From assembly GCA_963662405.2 (NCBI GenBank), contig CAXXKT010000001.1, positions 800,001 through 864,000 of the forward strand: a stretch of 64,000 nt of DNA, in the 5' to 3' direction. How positions within the stretch are numbered: position 1 is the first letter of the stretch; each line of letters begins with the position of its first letter. The translations under genes and the position numbers were made by a program. Positions 49,684 to 59,914 of this stretch are shown in pieces. The DNA comes from Syntrophales bacterium. Lineage in GTDB: Bacteria; Desulfobacterota; Syntrophia; Syntrophales; UBA2210. The notes beneath the pieces were generated by a model, which was not told the DNA's origin, searched no databases, and saw only the letters and a list, made by a program, of their open reading frames with translations.

Positions 49684-50634
49684 TCAATACTTTTTCAGTT
49701 TTGCGACCCTGTGCCACATGCCGAGCAGGCGCACAGCAACCATCGCCAGGAGGAGACGTGGCACCCACAACCAGAACAGGCTGATACCAAAGGGAAGAAA
49801 GAGCGCCGGGTCCTCGATCACGGCATGGTTGATCCCGATGGAGAGCTGGAGCGACTCCAACTCCTCTTTCGTGAGGCCTCCCTTTCCCGCCTCTTCTACA
49901 ATGACCGCGCCACCATAGGCGATACCGAACAGGGCAGCGGCTATCCACATGATCCCGACCCGTTCGCTCAACCCCATGATCCTCAGGAGCGGGGCAAGAA
50001 ACCGGACGATACGATCTATGAGCCCGAACATCTTTAGGATCTCCAGAAGCGTCATGACGCATAGGATGATGAGGAGTATCTGGATGGTCAATCCCGCCAT
50101 CACCTGCCCCCACCGAATAATCATTTCCGTGAAGGCCTGACTTGCAGCGATATCGGCCGTCGCGATAGTCCCGCCGGCAGACGGTCCGGTCGTGTCCACA
50201 AAAGGAGCGATAATCATGATGGTCATAGAGGCGAAGACAATACGAAGGAGCGTGGCCTTGAAGACCCCCATCCCCGATTTTCCCTGGATGATCCCTTCCT
50301 GGATCAGGTTGTGGGCAATGAGGAGAAAGACGGCGATCAGGGTCATTTCCCCGACATTCAGGGGGAGAACCGCCATCGCAGCGATCCCACCGTAAATGCC
50401 GGTCAGTACCCCGATCAGGAGCGGGAGTGCCGCAATATCCGGAAGACTCAGGACCCCCATGGCCGGCCGGATCACAAAATCAATCCGTTCCATCCATCCG
50501 CTCCACGCGAGGAGCGCGGTCAAAAAGGAGATGGGAATGATAATCTGCATCATCCAGACAAAACCCCGCCACCCTTTGCCGATCCCTACGGTGAAGGCCT
50601 GCTTCAGCCGTGCCCTCTGTGTCTGTTTATCCAT
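49684..50634 (-). CDS. Nucleoside-recognition (Gate) domain membrane protein
   Basis: Two hydrophobic halves, AHNLIQE, GIAYGGAVI, NHAVIED. Confidence 0.75.
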   Translation of the reverse strand: MDKQTQRARLKQAFTVGIGKGWRGFVWMMQIIIPISFLTALLAWSGWMERIDFVIRPAMGVLSLPDIAALPLLIGVLTGIYGGIAAMAVLPLNVGEMTLIAVFLLIAHNLIQEGIIQGKSGMGVFKATLLRIVFASMTIMIIAPFVDTTGPSAGGTIATADIAASQAFTEMIIRWGQVMAGLTIQILLIILCVMTLLEILKMFGLIDRIVRFLAPLLRIMGLSERVGIMWIAAALFGIAYGGAVIVEEAGKGGLTKEELESLQLSIGINHAVIEDPALFLPFGISLFWLWVPRLLLAMVAVRLLGMWHRVAKLKKY

Positions 50635-50673
50635 AGAAAGACTGGTACGACCTCCGAGAGAGAAAAAACGGCA

Positions 50674-51534
50674 TCACTCAAATATGATCGTCTTGGAGCC
50701 GAACACCACGATCCGGTGTTCCAAGTGGAGCCTGACCGCTTTTGAGAGGACCGACCGCTCCAGATCCTTTCCCTTGAGTTTCATGGTATTTACCGAATCC
50801 TTGTGGGTGATCTTGATGACATCCTGGGCGATGATGGGGCCCTCATCCAGCTTCTCAGTCACGTAGTGACTGGTGGCACCGATGACCTTCACCCCCCGGT
50901 CATACGCCTGCCGGTAGGGGTTCCCTCCCGCGAAGGCGGGGAGGAAGGAGTGGTGTATATTAATGATCCTCCCGGGATATCGATTGACGAAGTCCGGACT
51001 CAAGACCTGCATGTACCGCGCCAGGACAATCAGATCGATCCCTTCCTTTTCAATCTCTGCGATCTCCCGCTCCTCCTGCTCTTTCTTGCTCTCCGGTGTG
51101 ATCGGATAGTGCCGGTAGGAGAGACCGAAAAAATCGGTGAGCGGTTCGATATCCTTATGATTACTGATGATCAGCGGTATCTGTGCCTTGAACTCCCCCA
51201 TCTGATGCCTCAGGATCAGGTCGTGGAAGCAGTAGAAATGCCGGGAGACGAAGATCGCGATCTTCGGGATATGATCGGAAAAATGTATCGTCCACCGCAT
51301 CCCGAATCGTTGTATGAGAGGAGCGAGTGCTCCCTCCAGTTCATCTCGGCCGAGGGTAAACCCATTGAGATCCCATTCCACCCGCATGAACAACATATTC
51401 TCCGGTTGGATCGAATACTGATCCGCATCCAGGATGTTGCCGTTATGCCTAGCTATGAAACCGGATACCGCGGCCACAATCCCCGTCTGGTCGGGGCAGG
51501 ACAAAAGTAAGGTGGCTGTCGATTGATCCATCAT
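50674..51534 (-). CDS. purU: Formyltetrahydrofolate deformylase
   Basis: ACT domain CPDQTGIVA, VLARYMQVLS, INIHHSFLPAF, GVKVIGATSHYV. Confidence 0.96.
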   Translation of the reverse strand: MMDQSTATLLLSCPDQTGIVAAVSGFIARHNGNILDADQYSIQPENMLFMRVEWDLNGFTLGRDELEGALAPLIQRFGMRWTIHFSDHIPKIAIFVSRHFYCFHDLILRHQMGEFKAQIPLIISNHKDIEPLTDFFGLSYRHYPITPESKKEQEEREIAEIEKEGIDLIVLARYMQVLSPDFVNRYPGRIINIHHSFLPAFAGGNPYRQAYDRGVKVIGATSHYVTEKLDEGPIIAQDVIKITHKDSVNTMKLKGKDLERSVLSKAVRLHLEHRIVVFGSKTIIFE

Positions 51535-51670
51535 ATGTAATCCTTTTCTGAAAGATATTGTCCATATATGAAAATGATCTCCCAAGTCAAGAAAGGTTTG
51601 CCAAAAGCGAGTGGTGTGATATAACGACCCTCCATTAGTTGTTGCTGAGATGTATGAAGGGGAGACTCCT

Positions 51671-52063
51671 ATGAATCTGATGGAAAAGATATTTCTTCCC
51701 AACGGCTTGGTCATGCAGGTGTGGGATCGATCTCGTGCCATTGCCGCCGACACGACGAAAGTTGAGTTGCACGTAGCGATTCCGGTCGTGGTAAAAGAAG
51801 AATACTTCAGCGACCCCGATCAATGCCGACGGGTCATCGCAATTTTTGGTTCGGAGATTACATACGAGTATACAAAGGAGCGAACATTTGTCAGCACAGC
51901 CGACAGTGGAAAGATTTTCGCCGACTTGCTGGAGGACTTCAGGAGAGATGCGCTCCCCTACCTGTCGAAGTCCAATTTTCCCATGCGGTTCGCCCTGTCG
52001 AAGCTGAGTGAGATACTCCGGTACCCGCATCGGTACCGGGATGCGGATCCTGTCCGCGAATAA
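51671..52063 (+). CDS. Hypothetical protein
   Basis: 130-aa ORF with SD GGAG, upstream of mdh in the same orientation. Confidence 0.7.
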   Translation: MNLMEKIFLPNGLVMQVWDRSRAIAADTTKVELHVAIPVVVKEEYFSDPDQCRRVIAIFGSEITYEYTKERTFVSTADSGKIFADLLEDFRRDALPYLSKSNFPMRFALSKLSEILRYPHRYRDADPVRE

Positions 52064-52079
52064 TTTACGGAGAGATACC

Positions 52080-53006
52080 ATGGAAAAAAAGGTTTCGGTA
52101 GTCGGAGCCGGTTTTGTGGGGACAATGGTCGCCCAGAGGATTGCGGAGAAGGATCTGGCCGATGTCACCCTGCTCGATATCGTCGAAGGACTCCCACAGG
52201 GGAAGGCCCTCGATATCATGCAGTCGGCACCGATTGAAGGATTTGCCCGAAAAGTAACAGGTTCGAATGATTTCGCCGATACGGCGCGTTCGGATATCGT
52301 CGTCTTTACCGCCGGATTTCCCCGGACCCCGGGGATGAGCCGGGATGCACTGGCCCTGAAGAACGGGGGAATCGTCCGATCCGTGATCGAAGAGATCGCG
52401 CGGTATGCCCCCGATTGCATTATCATCATGGTGACCAACCCCCTCGATGTGATGACCCATATCGCCTGGAAGACATCGGGCTTTTCTTCTCAGCGTGTCA
52501 TGGGTATGGGGGGGGTACTCGACACCGCACGCTACCGGGCCTTTCTCGCCGAAGAGCTTGGTGTGCACCCTGGCGAGATTGAGGCGCTTGTGCTGGGGAG
52601 TCACGGAGATACGATGGTTCCGGTAGAAATCAATACGACCGTCAAGGGTGTGCCCGTCGGTCGGCTCATACAAAAGGAACGACTGGAAGCGATTATCGAG
52701 CGCACCAAGAAGGGGGGAGCTGAAATCGTCGGACTCCTCAAATCCGGAAGCGCCTGGCATGCCCCGTCATCCTCGGTGGTTGCCATGGTGGAAGCGATCC
52801 TCACCGACAGTAAGAGCTGCCTTCCCGCTTCGGCATACCTGACGGGTCAGTACGGCATCCCGGATGTCTATATCGGCGTTCCGGTGAAGCTCGGCGCGGC
52901 GGGGGTCGAGGAGATATACGAGATAACCCTTTCGGACAGCGAATTGGAAGGCCTCCGGCGCTCAGCGGAGACTGTCCGTGAAACATTGAACAACCTTGGA
53001 ATTTAA
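52080..53006 (+). CDS. mdh: Malate dehydrogenase (LDH-like)
   Basis: VGAGFVG, PQGKALD, TAGFPRTPGMSRD, VTNPLD, GSHGD. Confidence 0.93.
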   Translation: MEKKVSVVGAGFVGTMVAQRIAEKDLADVTLLDIVEGLPQGKALDIMQSAPIEGFARKVTGSNDFADTARSDIVVFTAGFPRTPGMSRDALALKNGGIVRSVIEEIARYAPDCIIIMVTNPLDVMTHIAWKTSGFSSQRVMGMGGVLDTARYRAFLAEELGVHPGEIEALVLGSHGDTMVPVEINTTVKGVPVGRLIQKERLEAIIERTKKGGAEIVGLLKSGSAWHAPSSSVVAMVEAILTDSKSCLPASAYLTGQYGIPDVYIGVPVKLGAAGVEEIYEITLSDSELEGLRRSAETVRETLNNLGI

Positions 53007-55489
53007 TGCGGTATTCATCAATTGAAGATCTCCTCCCCCTCGTCCAGAAACCGGGTCGATATATCGGAGGAGAGATCAATTCCATACGCAAGGAGTGGTC
53101 TGCCTGCCGCCTGAGCTTTGCCCTTGCTTTCCCCGATACTTACGAGATCGGCATGTCGCATCTCGGTCTCCAGATCCTCTACGATATCCTGAACAGCGAT
53201 CCGGAGATTGCTGCCGAGCGTGTCTACGCCCCCTGGCCGGACATGGAAGAACTGATGCGTGAACATGGGATCCCCCTCGCGTCCCTGGAATCGGGGTCCC
53301 CGCTAGCCGATTTTGACGTTATCGGTTTTTCTCTGCAGTATGAATTGTCCTACACGAATGTCCTGAACATGCTGGATCTGGGGGGAGTGCCGCTCTATGC
53401 CGCGGAGAGAGGAGAGGGCGCCCCGATCCTCATCGCGGGGGGGCCGTGCGTCTTCAACCCCAAACCGGTTGCCCCCTTCTTCGATGCCTTTGTCATCGGC
53501 GAGGGGGAAGAGGTCATCTTAGAGATTGCCCGGGCCCTGATCGAGGGGACAGAGAAAGGATGCGGGCGCCCAGCCATCCTGAATCTCATCGCCGGGATCG
53601 ACGGGATCTGGGTTCCTTCCATTCATGGTAATGCCAAGAGGATACGGAAGCGGTCGGTGGCCGATCTGGAGCGGTGGCACGGACCGTCGCGGCCGATCGT
53701 CCCGATCGTCGGGACGGTCCACGATCGGATCACCCTGGAGGTAGCCCGGGGTTGCACCCGGGGTTGTCGCTTCTGCCAGGCGGGGATGGTCTGGCGACCG
53801 GTCAGGGAACGATCTCCCGGCACATTGGAAGAAATGGCGGAGCGAATGCTCACCTCGACGGGGTATGACGAACTCTCCCTCCTCTCTCTCAGCTCCGGCG
53901 ATTATACCTGTATCGAATATCTCCTGACCGCGCTCATGGATCGATATTCCGACAGCCGCGTTGCGATCGCTCTCCCCTCCCTGCGGGTGGAGACCCTTAC
54001 CGAACGATTGATTCATCAGATCAAACGTGTCCGCAAGACGAGTTTTACCCTCGCCCCGGAGGCGGGGACACAGCGACTGCGTGACATCATCAACAAGGGG
54101 AACACCGAGGAGGCGCTCCTAGAAACCGCGCGGACGGTATTCGACGCGGGGTGGAAATCGATCAAGCTCTACTTCATGATCGGTCTTCCCTCTGAGACAC
54201 AGGAGGATCTCCAGGGGATCGTCGACCTCGCTTATAAAGTACTGAAGGCAGGGCAGAGTAAGAGACAGGTGACCGTCAGCATATCGACCTTCGTGCCCAA
54301 ACCATTCACCCCCTTCCAGTGGCACCGCCAGATCACCATTGATGAGACTCGGGAGAAACAGACCTTTTTCAAGCAGAACATCCGTCACCGGAACCTCCAG
54401 CTCAAGTGGCATGACCGTGAGATGAGTTTTCTGGAAGGTCTCCTGGCACGGGGGGACGAACGCATGGCCAAGCTCATCGAGCGGGCCTTTCGCGCGGGGT
54501 GCCGTTTCGACGGCTGGAGCGACCGGTTCCAATTCGATATCTGGCAACGGATCATCGATGAGATGGGGATCGATACGACGGGATATCTTGCCGAGAGGAG
54601 CATAGACGATTCGCTCCCCTGGGATACGATCGACTGTGGTGTGGATAAGGACTTTCTCGCGGAAGAGTACGAAAAGGCAGTGACGGGACGTTTGACGGGT
54701 GATTGCCGCACGGAGGGGTGTCATGATTGCGGGGTCTGTTCCGCAGGACTGGAGATGATCACCACCGAAGAGCCTCGCGCCGCCGCATCCCCCCAAAGCC
54801 GGAGGGGATTCGCCCCCGGAGAGGTGATTTCACGGCTCAGGATACAATTTGCCAAGCAGGGGAAGGCGTCCTTTCTGTCACACTTTGAGCTTTCCTCCGC
54901 GCTGGTGCGGTCGATTACCGTCAGCGGATTTTCATTTGCGTTTTCCGATGGATTCCATCCCCACCCGAAAATATCGTTTCCCTACGCCCTCCCGGTCGGG
55001 ATTGAAAGCCAGTGTGAATACGTCGACATCCAACTCCGGGGATACCGGGAATCACCGGAAGAATTCATCCGCAGGGTAAATCGGTATCTCCCCGCAGGAC
55101 TCGCGATCATCAGGGCGGAGCTGCTTCCCCCCTACGCCCAATCGCTGGCCACCCTCATCGAGGGCTTTGATTACCGGATGTATCTGCCGGATGTTCCCCT
55201 TACCGGGCTTGCCGAGAGAATACACGCATTCCTCTCTGCGGATACCTTCCCGGTAACCCGGCACAAAAAGGGGGTCGCCACCATCAGAGACATTCGTCCT
55301 TTGGTAACCTCCCTCACCCTTGATACCCAGGAGACCGTGCTTTCCGCATCGACACGCTTTGATCCCGCCGGTGGAGTCAAGCCGGTGGAGATACTGACGC
55401 ACGTTCTGGGATACGATAAACGATCAGCCCAGGGAGCCTGGATCGTCAAAACGCACATTCGCAGAAAAGAGACCAGGGGAGACCGTTAA
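53006..55489 (+). CDS. TIGR03960-type radical SAM protein fused to a TIGR03936/DUF2344-type domain
   Basis: KPGRYIGGE, FPDTYEIGMSH, RGCTRGCRFCQAG; C-terminal FLSHFE...GFHPHPKISF; TAATG overlap with mdh. Confidence 0.9.
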   Translation: MRYSSIEDLLPLVQKPGRYIGGEINSIRKEWSACRLSFALAFPDTYEIGMSHLGLQILYDILNSDPEIAAERVYAPWPDMEELMREHGIPLASLESGSPLADFDVIGFSLQYELSYTNVLNMLDLGGVPLYAAERGEGAPILIAGGPCVFNPKPVAPFFDAFVIGEGEEVILEIARALIEGTEKGCGRPAILNLIAGIDGIWVPSIHGNAKRIRKRSVADLERWHGPSRPIVPIVGTVHDRITLEVARGCTRGCRFCQAGMVWRPVRERSPGTLEEMAERMLTSTGYDELSLLSLSSGDYTCIEYLLTALMDRYSDSRVAIALPSLRVETLTERLIHQIKRVRKTSFTLAPEAGTQRLRDIINKGNTEEALLETARTVFDAGWKSIKLYFMIGLPSETQEDLQGIVDLAYKVLKAGQSKRQVTVSISTFVPKPFTPFQWHRQITIDETREKQTFFKQNIRHRNLQLKWHDREMSFLEGLLARGDERMAKLIERAFRAGCRFDGWSDRFQFDIWQRIIDEMGIDTTGYLAERSIDDSLPWDTIDCGVDKDFLAEEYEKAVTGRLTGDCRTEGCHDCGVCSAGLEMITTEEPRAAASPQSRRGFAPGEVISRLRIQFAKQGKASFLSHFELSSALVRSITVSGFSFAFSDGFHPHPKISFPYALPVGIESQCEYVDIQLRGYRESPEEFIRRVNRYLPAGLAIIRAELLPPYAQSLATLIEGFDYRMYLPDVPLTGLAERIHAFLSADTFPVTRHKKGVATIRDIRPLVTSLTLDTQETVLSASTRFDPAGGVKPVEILTHVLGYDKRSAQGAWIVKTHIRRKETRGDR

Positions 55490-55528
55490 CGGTAGTGCCA
55501 TCTGCGCACCATATGAAAGAAAGGGATA

Positions 55529-57031
55529 ATGGCAAAAGAGATTATATTTAACTGCACCGGATATGAAACCCGCATCGCGATCCTTGAGAATCGGGAACTG
55601 ACGAATTTCTATGTGGAGCGGGTCGATGAACGGTCGATAGCCGGAAATATCTATAAGGGAAAAGTGGTCCGCATTGTCCCGGGAATCCAGGCCGCATTTG
55701 TTGATATCGGGATCGAAAGGACCGCGTTTTTGTACGTGGCGAATGCCTGCGATCAGTATTCGGAGAAACTGGACTTCTGCACAAACGGGGAGGATGATCC
55801 CATAGAATACACACCGGGGATCCAGACCCGTCCCATGGAGGACATCCTCCAGGAGGGACAGGAGATCCTCGTTCAGATATCCAAGGAGCCACTGGGAACC
55901 AAAGGTGCACGGGTCACGACGCATCTGTCACTCCCCGGGAGAAATCTTGTCTTGATGCCCACCTCTCGCCACTGTGGTATCTCCCGGAGAATCACGGATG
56001 AGGATGAGCGCGAGCGATTGCGGGAGGCCATAGAACAGTTGCGGCCCGAAGAATACGGATTCATCGCACGAACCGCCAGCGAGGGGAAACAGGAAACGGA
56101 TCTCAAGAAAGACATCGAGTATCTGAGCGCGCTGTGGGACACCATCAGGGATAAAGAACGACGCACCGGTGCTCCCGGGTTGGTCCACCGGGAACTGAGC
56201 ATGACCCTCCGCGCGGTTCGCGACCTCTACACCGAAGACATCGAGCGGATCGTCATCGATTCGGAAGAAGAATATCACCAGACAATCGAATTCATCGACC
56301 GTTTCATGCCGCACCTGCGAGACGCGGTCGATCTGTACCGGGACACGGTTCCCATCTTCGATCATTTCGGCATCGAGCTGGATATGACCCGGATGCTCCA
56401 CAAGAAGGTATGGCTGAAGTCGGGAGGATATATCGTTATCGAAGAGACGGAGGCCCTCTGCGCGATCGATGTCAATACCGGGAAATATGTGGGGAAAAAG
56501 AACATGGAGGAGACGATCCTCAAGACCAATCTAGAGGCCGTCAAGGAGATCGCCCACCAGCTCCGCATACGCAATATCGGGGGGATTATCATTATCGATT
56601 TCATCGATATGGAGATCGAGCGGAATCGTGAAACGGTCTTTGACGCACTGAAGACTGAAATGGACAAGGACCGGAACAAGACCAACATACAGAAGATATC
56701 GGAGATCGGTCTTATCGAGATGACCCGTCAGCGGAGACGGAAATCTCTGAGTGACACCATCTGCGAAACATGCCCCTATTGCTCGGGACGGGGGAATATC
56801 AAATCCAGGACAAGCGTTTGTTACGAGGTGTTCAGGGAAATCGAGCGGGAGGCAGCTTATGGAAGCGCCGGGACGATATGTGTCATCGCTCACCCTGAAG
56901 TGGCCAAGCTTCTCCTCGAAGATGAAAACACGGCGCTGAAAAACCTGGAGGAAAAAGCGGGCAGAAAAATTCTCGTCGAGATAGACAACAGTTTTCACCA
57001 GGAGCACTTCGAGATCATCTCGGTGCTCTAG
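55529..57031 (+). CDS. rng: Ribonuclease G (Rne/Rng family)
   Basis: GNIYKGKV, KEPLGTKGAR, IDVNTG, RNIGGIIIIDFIDM, CPYC. Confidence 0.93.
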   Translation: MAKEIIFNCTGYETRIAILENRELTNFYVERVDERSIAGNIYKGKVVRIVPGIQAAFVDIGIERTAFLYVANACDQYSEKLDFCTNGEDDPIEYTPGIQTRPMEDILQEGQEILVQISKEPLGTKGARVTTHLSLPGRNLVLMPTSRHCGISRRITDEDERERLREAIEQLRPEEYGFIARTASEGKQETDLKKDIEYLSALWDTIRDKERRTGAPGLVHRELSMTLRAVRDLYTEDIERIVIDSEEEYHQTIEFIDRFMPHLRDAVDLYRDTVPIFDHFGIELDMTRMLHKKVWLKSGGYIVIEETEALCAIDVNTGKYVGKKNMEETILKTNLEAVKEIAHQLRIRNIGGIIIIDFIDMEIERNRETVFDALKTEMDKDRNKTNIQKISEIGLIEMTRQRRRKSLSDTICETCPYCSGRGNIKSRTSVCYEVFREIEREAAYGSAGTICVIAHPEVAKLLLEDENTALKNLEEKAGRKILVEIDNSFHQEHFEIISVL

Positions 57032-57186
57032 CAATACGAGATGTCACCAGTTTCCATTCCATTGTGATGTGCCAGACCCTCCCGCCATCTCACAAGAAAT
57101 TAGCGCGGATAAGATAACCCAACGGTTGTCACCAGTTATCCCTCACGACCCTTCTTGGCAGCCACGATCTTGTCGGCGCCGTCATT

Positions 57187-58851
57187 TTAATTGATGCCGG
57201 TGATGGTACCGTCATCGTCGATGTCAATGTTGTAGGCCGCAGGCACCTTCGCCAGACCGGGCATGCGCAGGATACCCCCCGTAATGGGGATGAGGAACCC
57301 GGCGCCGGCGGCGATCTTGATTTCCCGGACCGTCACGACGAAATTGGACGGCAGGCCGAGGAGAGACGGATTGTCCGACAGGGATTGTTGGGTCTTGGCG
57401 ATACAGACGGGCAGTTTATCGTAACCGAATTTCTTGATCAGTTCGAGGTCGCGCTTGGCCTGCGGCTGATAATCGACGGAGACGGCGCCGTAAATTTCAC
57501 TGGCAACGGTAAAGATCTTGTCTTCCGCCGGCCTGTTCCATTCATAGAGAGGGCGGTACGAGCCGGTCATGCCGGCGGCAAGACGGGCCGTCTTCTCCGC
57601 CAGCTCGATGCCCCCTTCGCCGCCTGAACGGAAGATATCGGCCACGGCGATGTTCATCCCCTCATCTTCCGCAGCGTCGACAACGGCCTGGATTTCTTCA
57701 TCCGAATCGTCGGCGAAACGGTTCAGGGCAATGATGCACTCGGTCTTGAACTTGCCGATGTTTTCATAATGCTTGCGCAGATTGGCCATGCCGAGAACGG
57801 CGAGACGGGGGTTGGACCGGTTCAGTTCTTCGCGGTCCACGCCGGCGTGATATTTCAGGGCCCGCACCGTCGCAACGAGGACAACGACCTTGGGATTCAG
57901 TTGGCCGTAAGGGGCGACGATATCGAAAAATTTCTCCGCACCCAGATCGAAGCCGAAGCCCGCTTCGGTCACGACAAAGTCACCCAAACGCTGGGCGAGG
58001 TCTGTGCCGATGATGCTGCTGGTTCCCTGGGCGATATTGGCGAAGGGGCCGCCATGGATAATCGCCGGAGTCCCTTCCATCGTCTGGACGAGGTTGGGGA
58101 GAAGCGCGTGCTTCAGCAGGGCCGTCGCGGCACCTTCGACCTTCAGTTCCTGCGCCAGGACGGGTGCGTTATCATAGGTCATCCCCATCAGGATCCGGCC
58201 GATCTTTTCTTTCAATTCTCTATAGGAGCGGGAGAGGCAGAGAATGGCCATGATTTCGCTGGATGGGACGATATCGAAACCCGTCTCGCGGGGAACGCCG
58301 CTCGCCGTCCCGCCGAGCCCGATGACCATATTCCGCAGAGACCGGTCGTTCATGTCAACAACCCGGCGCCAGACGGCCTTGCGGGGATCGATGTTCAGAG
58401 GATTCCCGTGAAAAATGGTATTATCCAGGATGGCGGCGAGGAGGTTATGGGCGCTTTCGATTGCCGGAAAGTCATTCGTGAAATGGAGGTTGATCTCATC
58501 GGCCGGAAGGATCAGGGATCGGCCGCCGCCGGTTGCGCCGCCCTTGATGCCGAAGACGGGGCCGAGGGAGGGCTCCCGCAGGGCAACGATGGCCTGTTTG
58601 CCGATACGGTTGAGGGCCTGGGCCAGGCCGATAGAAACGGTGGTTTTTCCTTCTCCGGCCGGTGTCGGCGTCATGGCGGATACCAGAATCAATGAGGATT
58701 CGGGGCGCCGTTCGAATCGTTTGATCGTCTCCAGGCGGACCTTGGCCTTGTAGCGGCCGTAAAACTCTAAATCATCTTCCGTGAGGCCGATCGATTCGGC
58801 AACCTCGACGATATGCTTCATCGTGTGCTTGTTGGTGTTGCTCCTTGGCAT
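57187..58851 (-). CDS. fhs: Formate--tetrahydrofolate ligase
   Basis: TPTPAGEGKTT, GIKGGATGGG, HGGPFANIA, TEAGFG, AKTQ, MPGL. Confidence 0.96.
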   Translation of the reverse strand: MPRSNTNKHTMKHIVEVAESIGLTEDDLEFYGRYKAKVRLETIKRFERRPESSLILVSAMTPTPAGEGKTTVSIGLAQALNRIGKQAIVALREPSLGPVFGIKGGATGGGRSLILPADEINLHFTNDFPAIESAHNLLAAILDNTIFHGNPLNIDPRKAVWRRVVDMNDRSLRNMVIGLGGTASGVPRETGFDIVPSSEIMAILCLSRSYRELKEKIGRILMGMTYDNAPVLAQELKVEGAATALLKHALLPNLVQTMEGTPAIIHGGPFANIAQGTSSIIGTDLAQRLGDFVVTEAGFGFDLGAEKFFDIVAPYGQLNPKVVVLVATVRALKYHAGVDREELNRSNPRLAVLGMANLRKHYENIGKFKTECIIALNRFADDSDEEIQAVVDAAEDEGMNIAVADIFRSGGEGGIELAEKTARLAAGMTGSYRPLYEWNRPAEDKIFTVASEIYGAVSVDYQPQAKRDLELIKKFGYDKLPVCIAKTQQSLSDNPSLLGLPSNFVVTVREIKIAAGAGFLIPITGGILRMPGLAKVPAAYNIDIDDDGTITGIN

Positions 58852-58860
58852 AACTGTGTC

Positions 58861-59400
58861 TTATTTTTCAATGACCGCATTGAAGCGGATGTCGATGTTG
58901 TATTCATCGCTGATCCGGGAAAACTCTTTTTTCAGGTCAAGGATCTTGACACCCGGTGTCAGTGAAAAGTAACAGGTTGTGTGAAAGACATTGGCGCCCG
59001 TCACCAGATTGCTATCCACGTTGCTCTCTATATCATCGATATTGATGCCTTTATCAAACAAGGCCTTGCAGATCTGATGGATAATCCCAGGACGATCGGC
59101 GGCGATGGCCATGAGCTTATAGGGGATAGAGGGAGGCGCCTCGCGATGACTGGGGGCTTTGGTCTTACGCACGTGAATATCCAACCCTGTCATCTCACGG
59201 AGGACGTCGATATCGGCAACAAATTTTTCAATGTCCTCCGTCCCGCCTGATGTCAGGATGATCATGGCGAATTCGTTGCCCAGGACACACCCCCGGGAGC
59301 GTTCGATATTGATACCACGGGCCGTAAAAAACTCGGAGATTTCCTTGGCCAGACCGGGACTATCCGTTCCCATGAAGGAAAAAGCGACATATGATCTCAT
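58861..59400 (-). CDS. GcvR-like tandem ACT domain protein
   Basis: GTDSPGL and AADRPGII ACT starts; 9 bp upstream of fhs. Confidence 0.8.
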   Translation of the reverse strand: MRSYVAFSFMGTDSPGLAKEISEFFTARGINIERSRGCVLGNEFAMIILTSGGTEDIEKFVADIDVLREMTGLDIHVRKTKAPSHREAPPSIPYKLMAIAADRPGIIHQICKALFDKGINIDDIESNVDSNLVTGANVFHTTCYFSLTPGVKILDLKKEFSRISDEYNIDIRFNAVIEK

Positions 59401-59826
59401 CGGGCGGCTCCTTTCATCTGCTTGATATCAATCAGCCTACGATTGGGGGATTATTTTTACCTGTTTATTTATACCAATAGCAAGTAAAATATGGGTGTTT
59501 CTCGTTTTCTCAAAGGAAATAAGGCAACTGTCATCGACCGTGTCGGAGGCGTTCTCTCTCGTCCGATAACTCCCGAAGAGGTTATTCACCGGCGTTCTTC
59601 CGAAACCGCATACGAGACGGGGTCAGGTCTCAAGGGCAGATGACGCGACGGGAAACACATCATGCGACAGCCTCTTCCGCGCCGTCGCATAGGCCTGAAA
59701 GTTCCGTACTGGTTAAAGAAACGGTAACGGGCGGTCCCTTGTCACCTGTCCTCATAAACGGGGAAGCCATCTCTCTCAGGCGGGCAAGATCTGAAGAGAA
59801 TACATACCAATTACATGGAATGAAGA

Positions 59827-59873
59827 CACACCACCCCCGGCCACTGCTGAACGAGCAAGGCCGGGAACGTGGG
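59827..59873 (-). terminator. Hairpin downstream of the IPTL-CTERM gene
   Basis: CCCGGCC..TGCT...AGCA..GGCCGGG with a flanking CCAC/GTGG pair. Confidence 0.45.
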
Positions 59874-59914
59874 TTTCAATCAGAGGGTCAAATCATGTGT
59901 GATGGATGATACGG

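Noticed and set aside
49592..50113. N-terminal extension of the cytidylate kinase-like ORF
   Set aside because: Off-frame overlap with the Gate-domain gene; a good SD supports the start at 49591
57137..57184. DGADKIVAAKKGREG* downstream of fhs resembling a SucC C-terminus, plus an 11-bp direct repeat TGTCACCAGTT (57042, 57127)
   Set aside because: Too short to distinguish from chance
59401..59914. ZTP, THF or glycine riboswitch upstream of the gcvR-like/fhs operon
   Set aside because: Consensus motifs not found; an AT-rich promoter-like stretch lies within about 100 bp of the start codon
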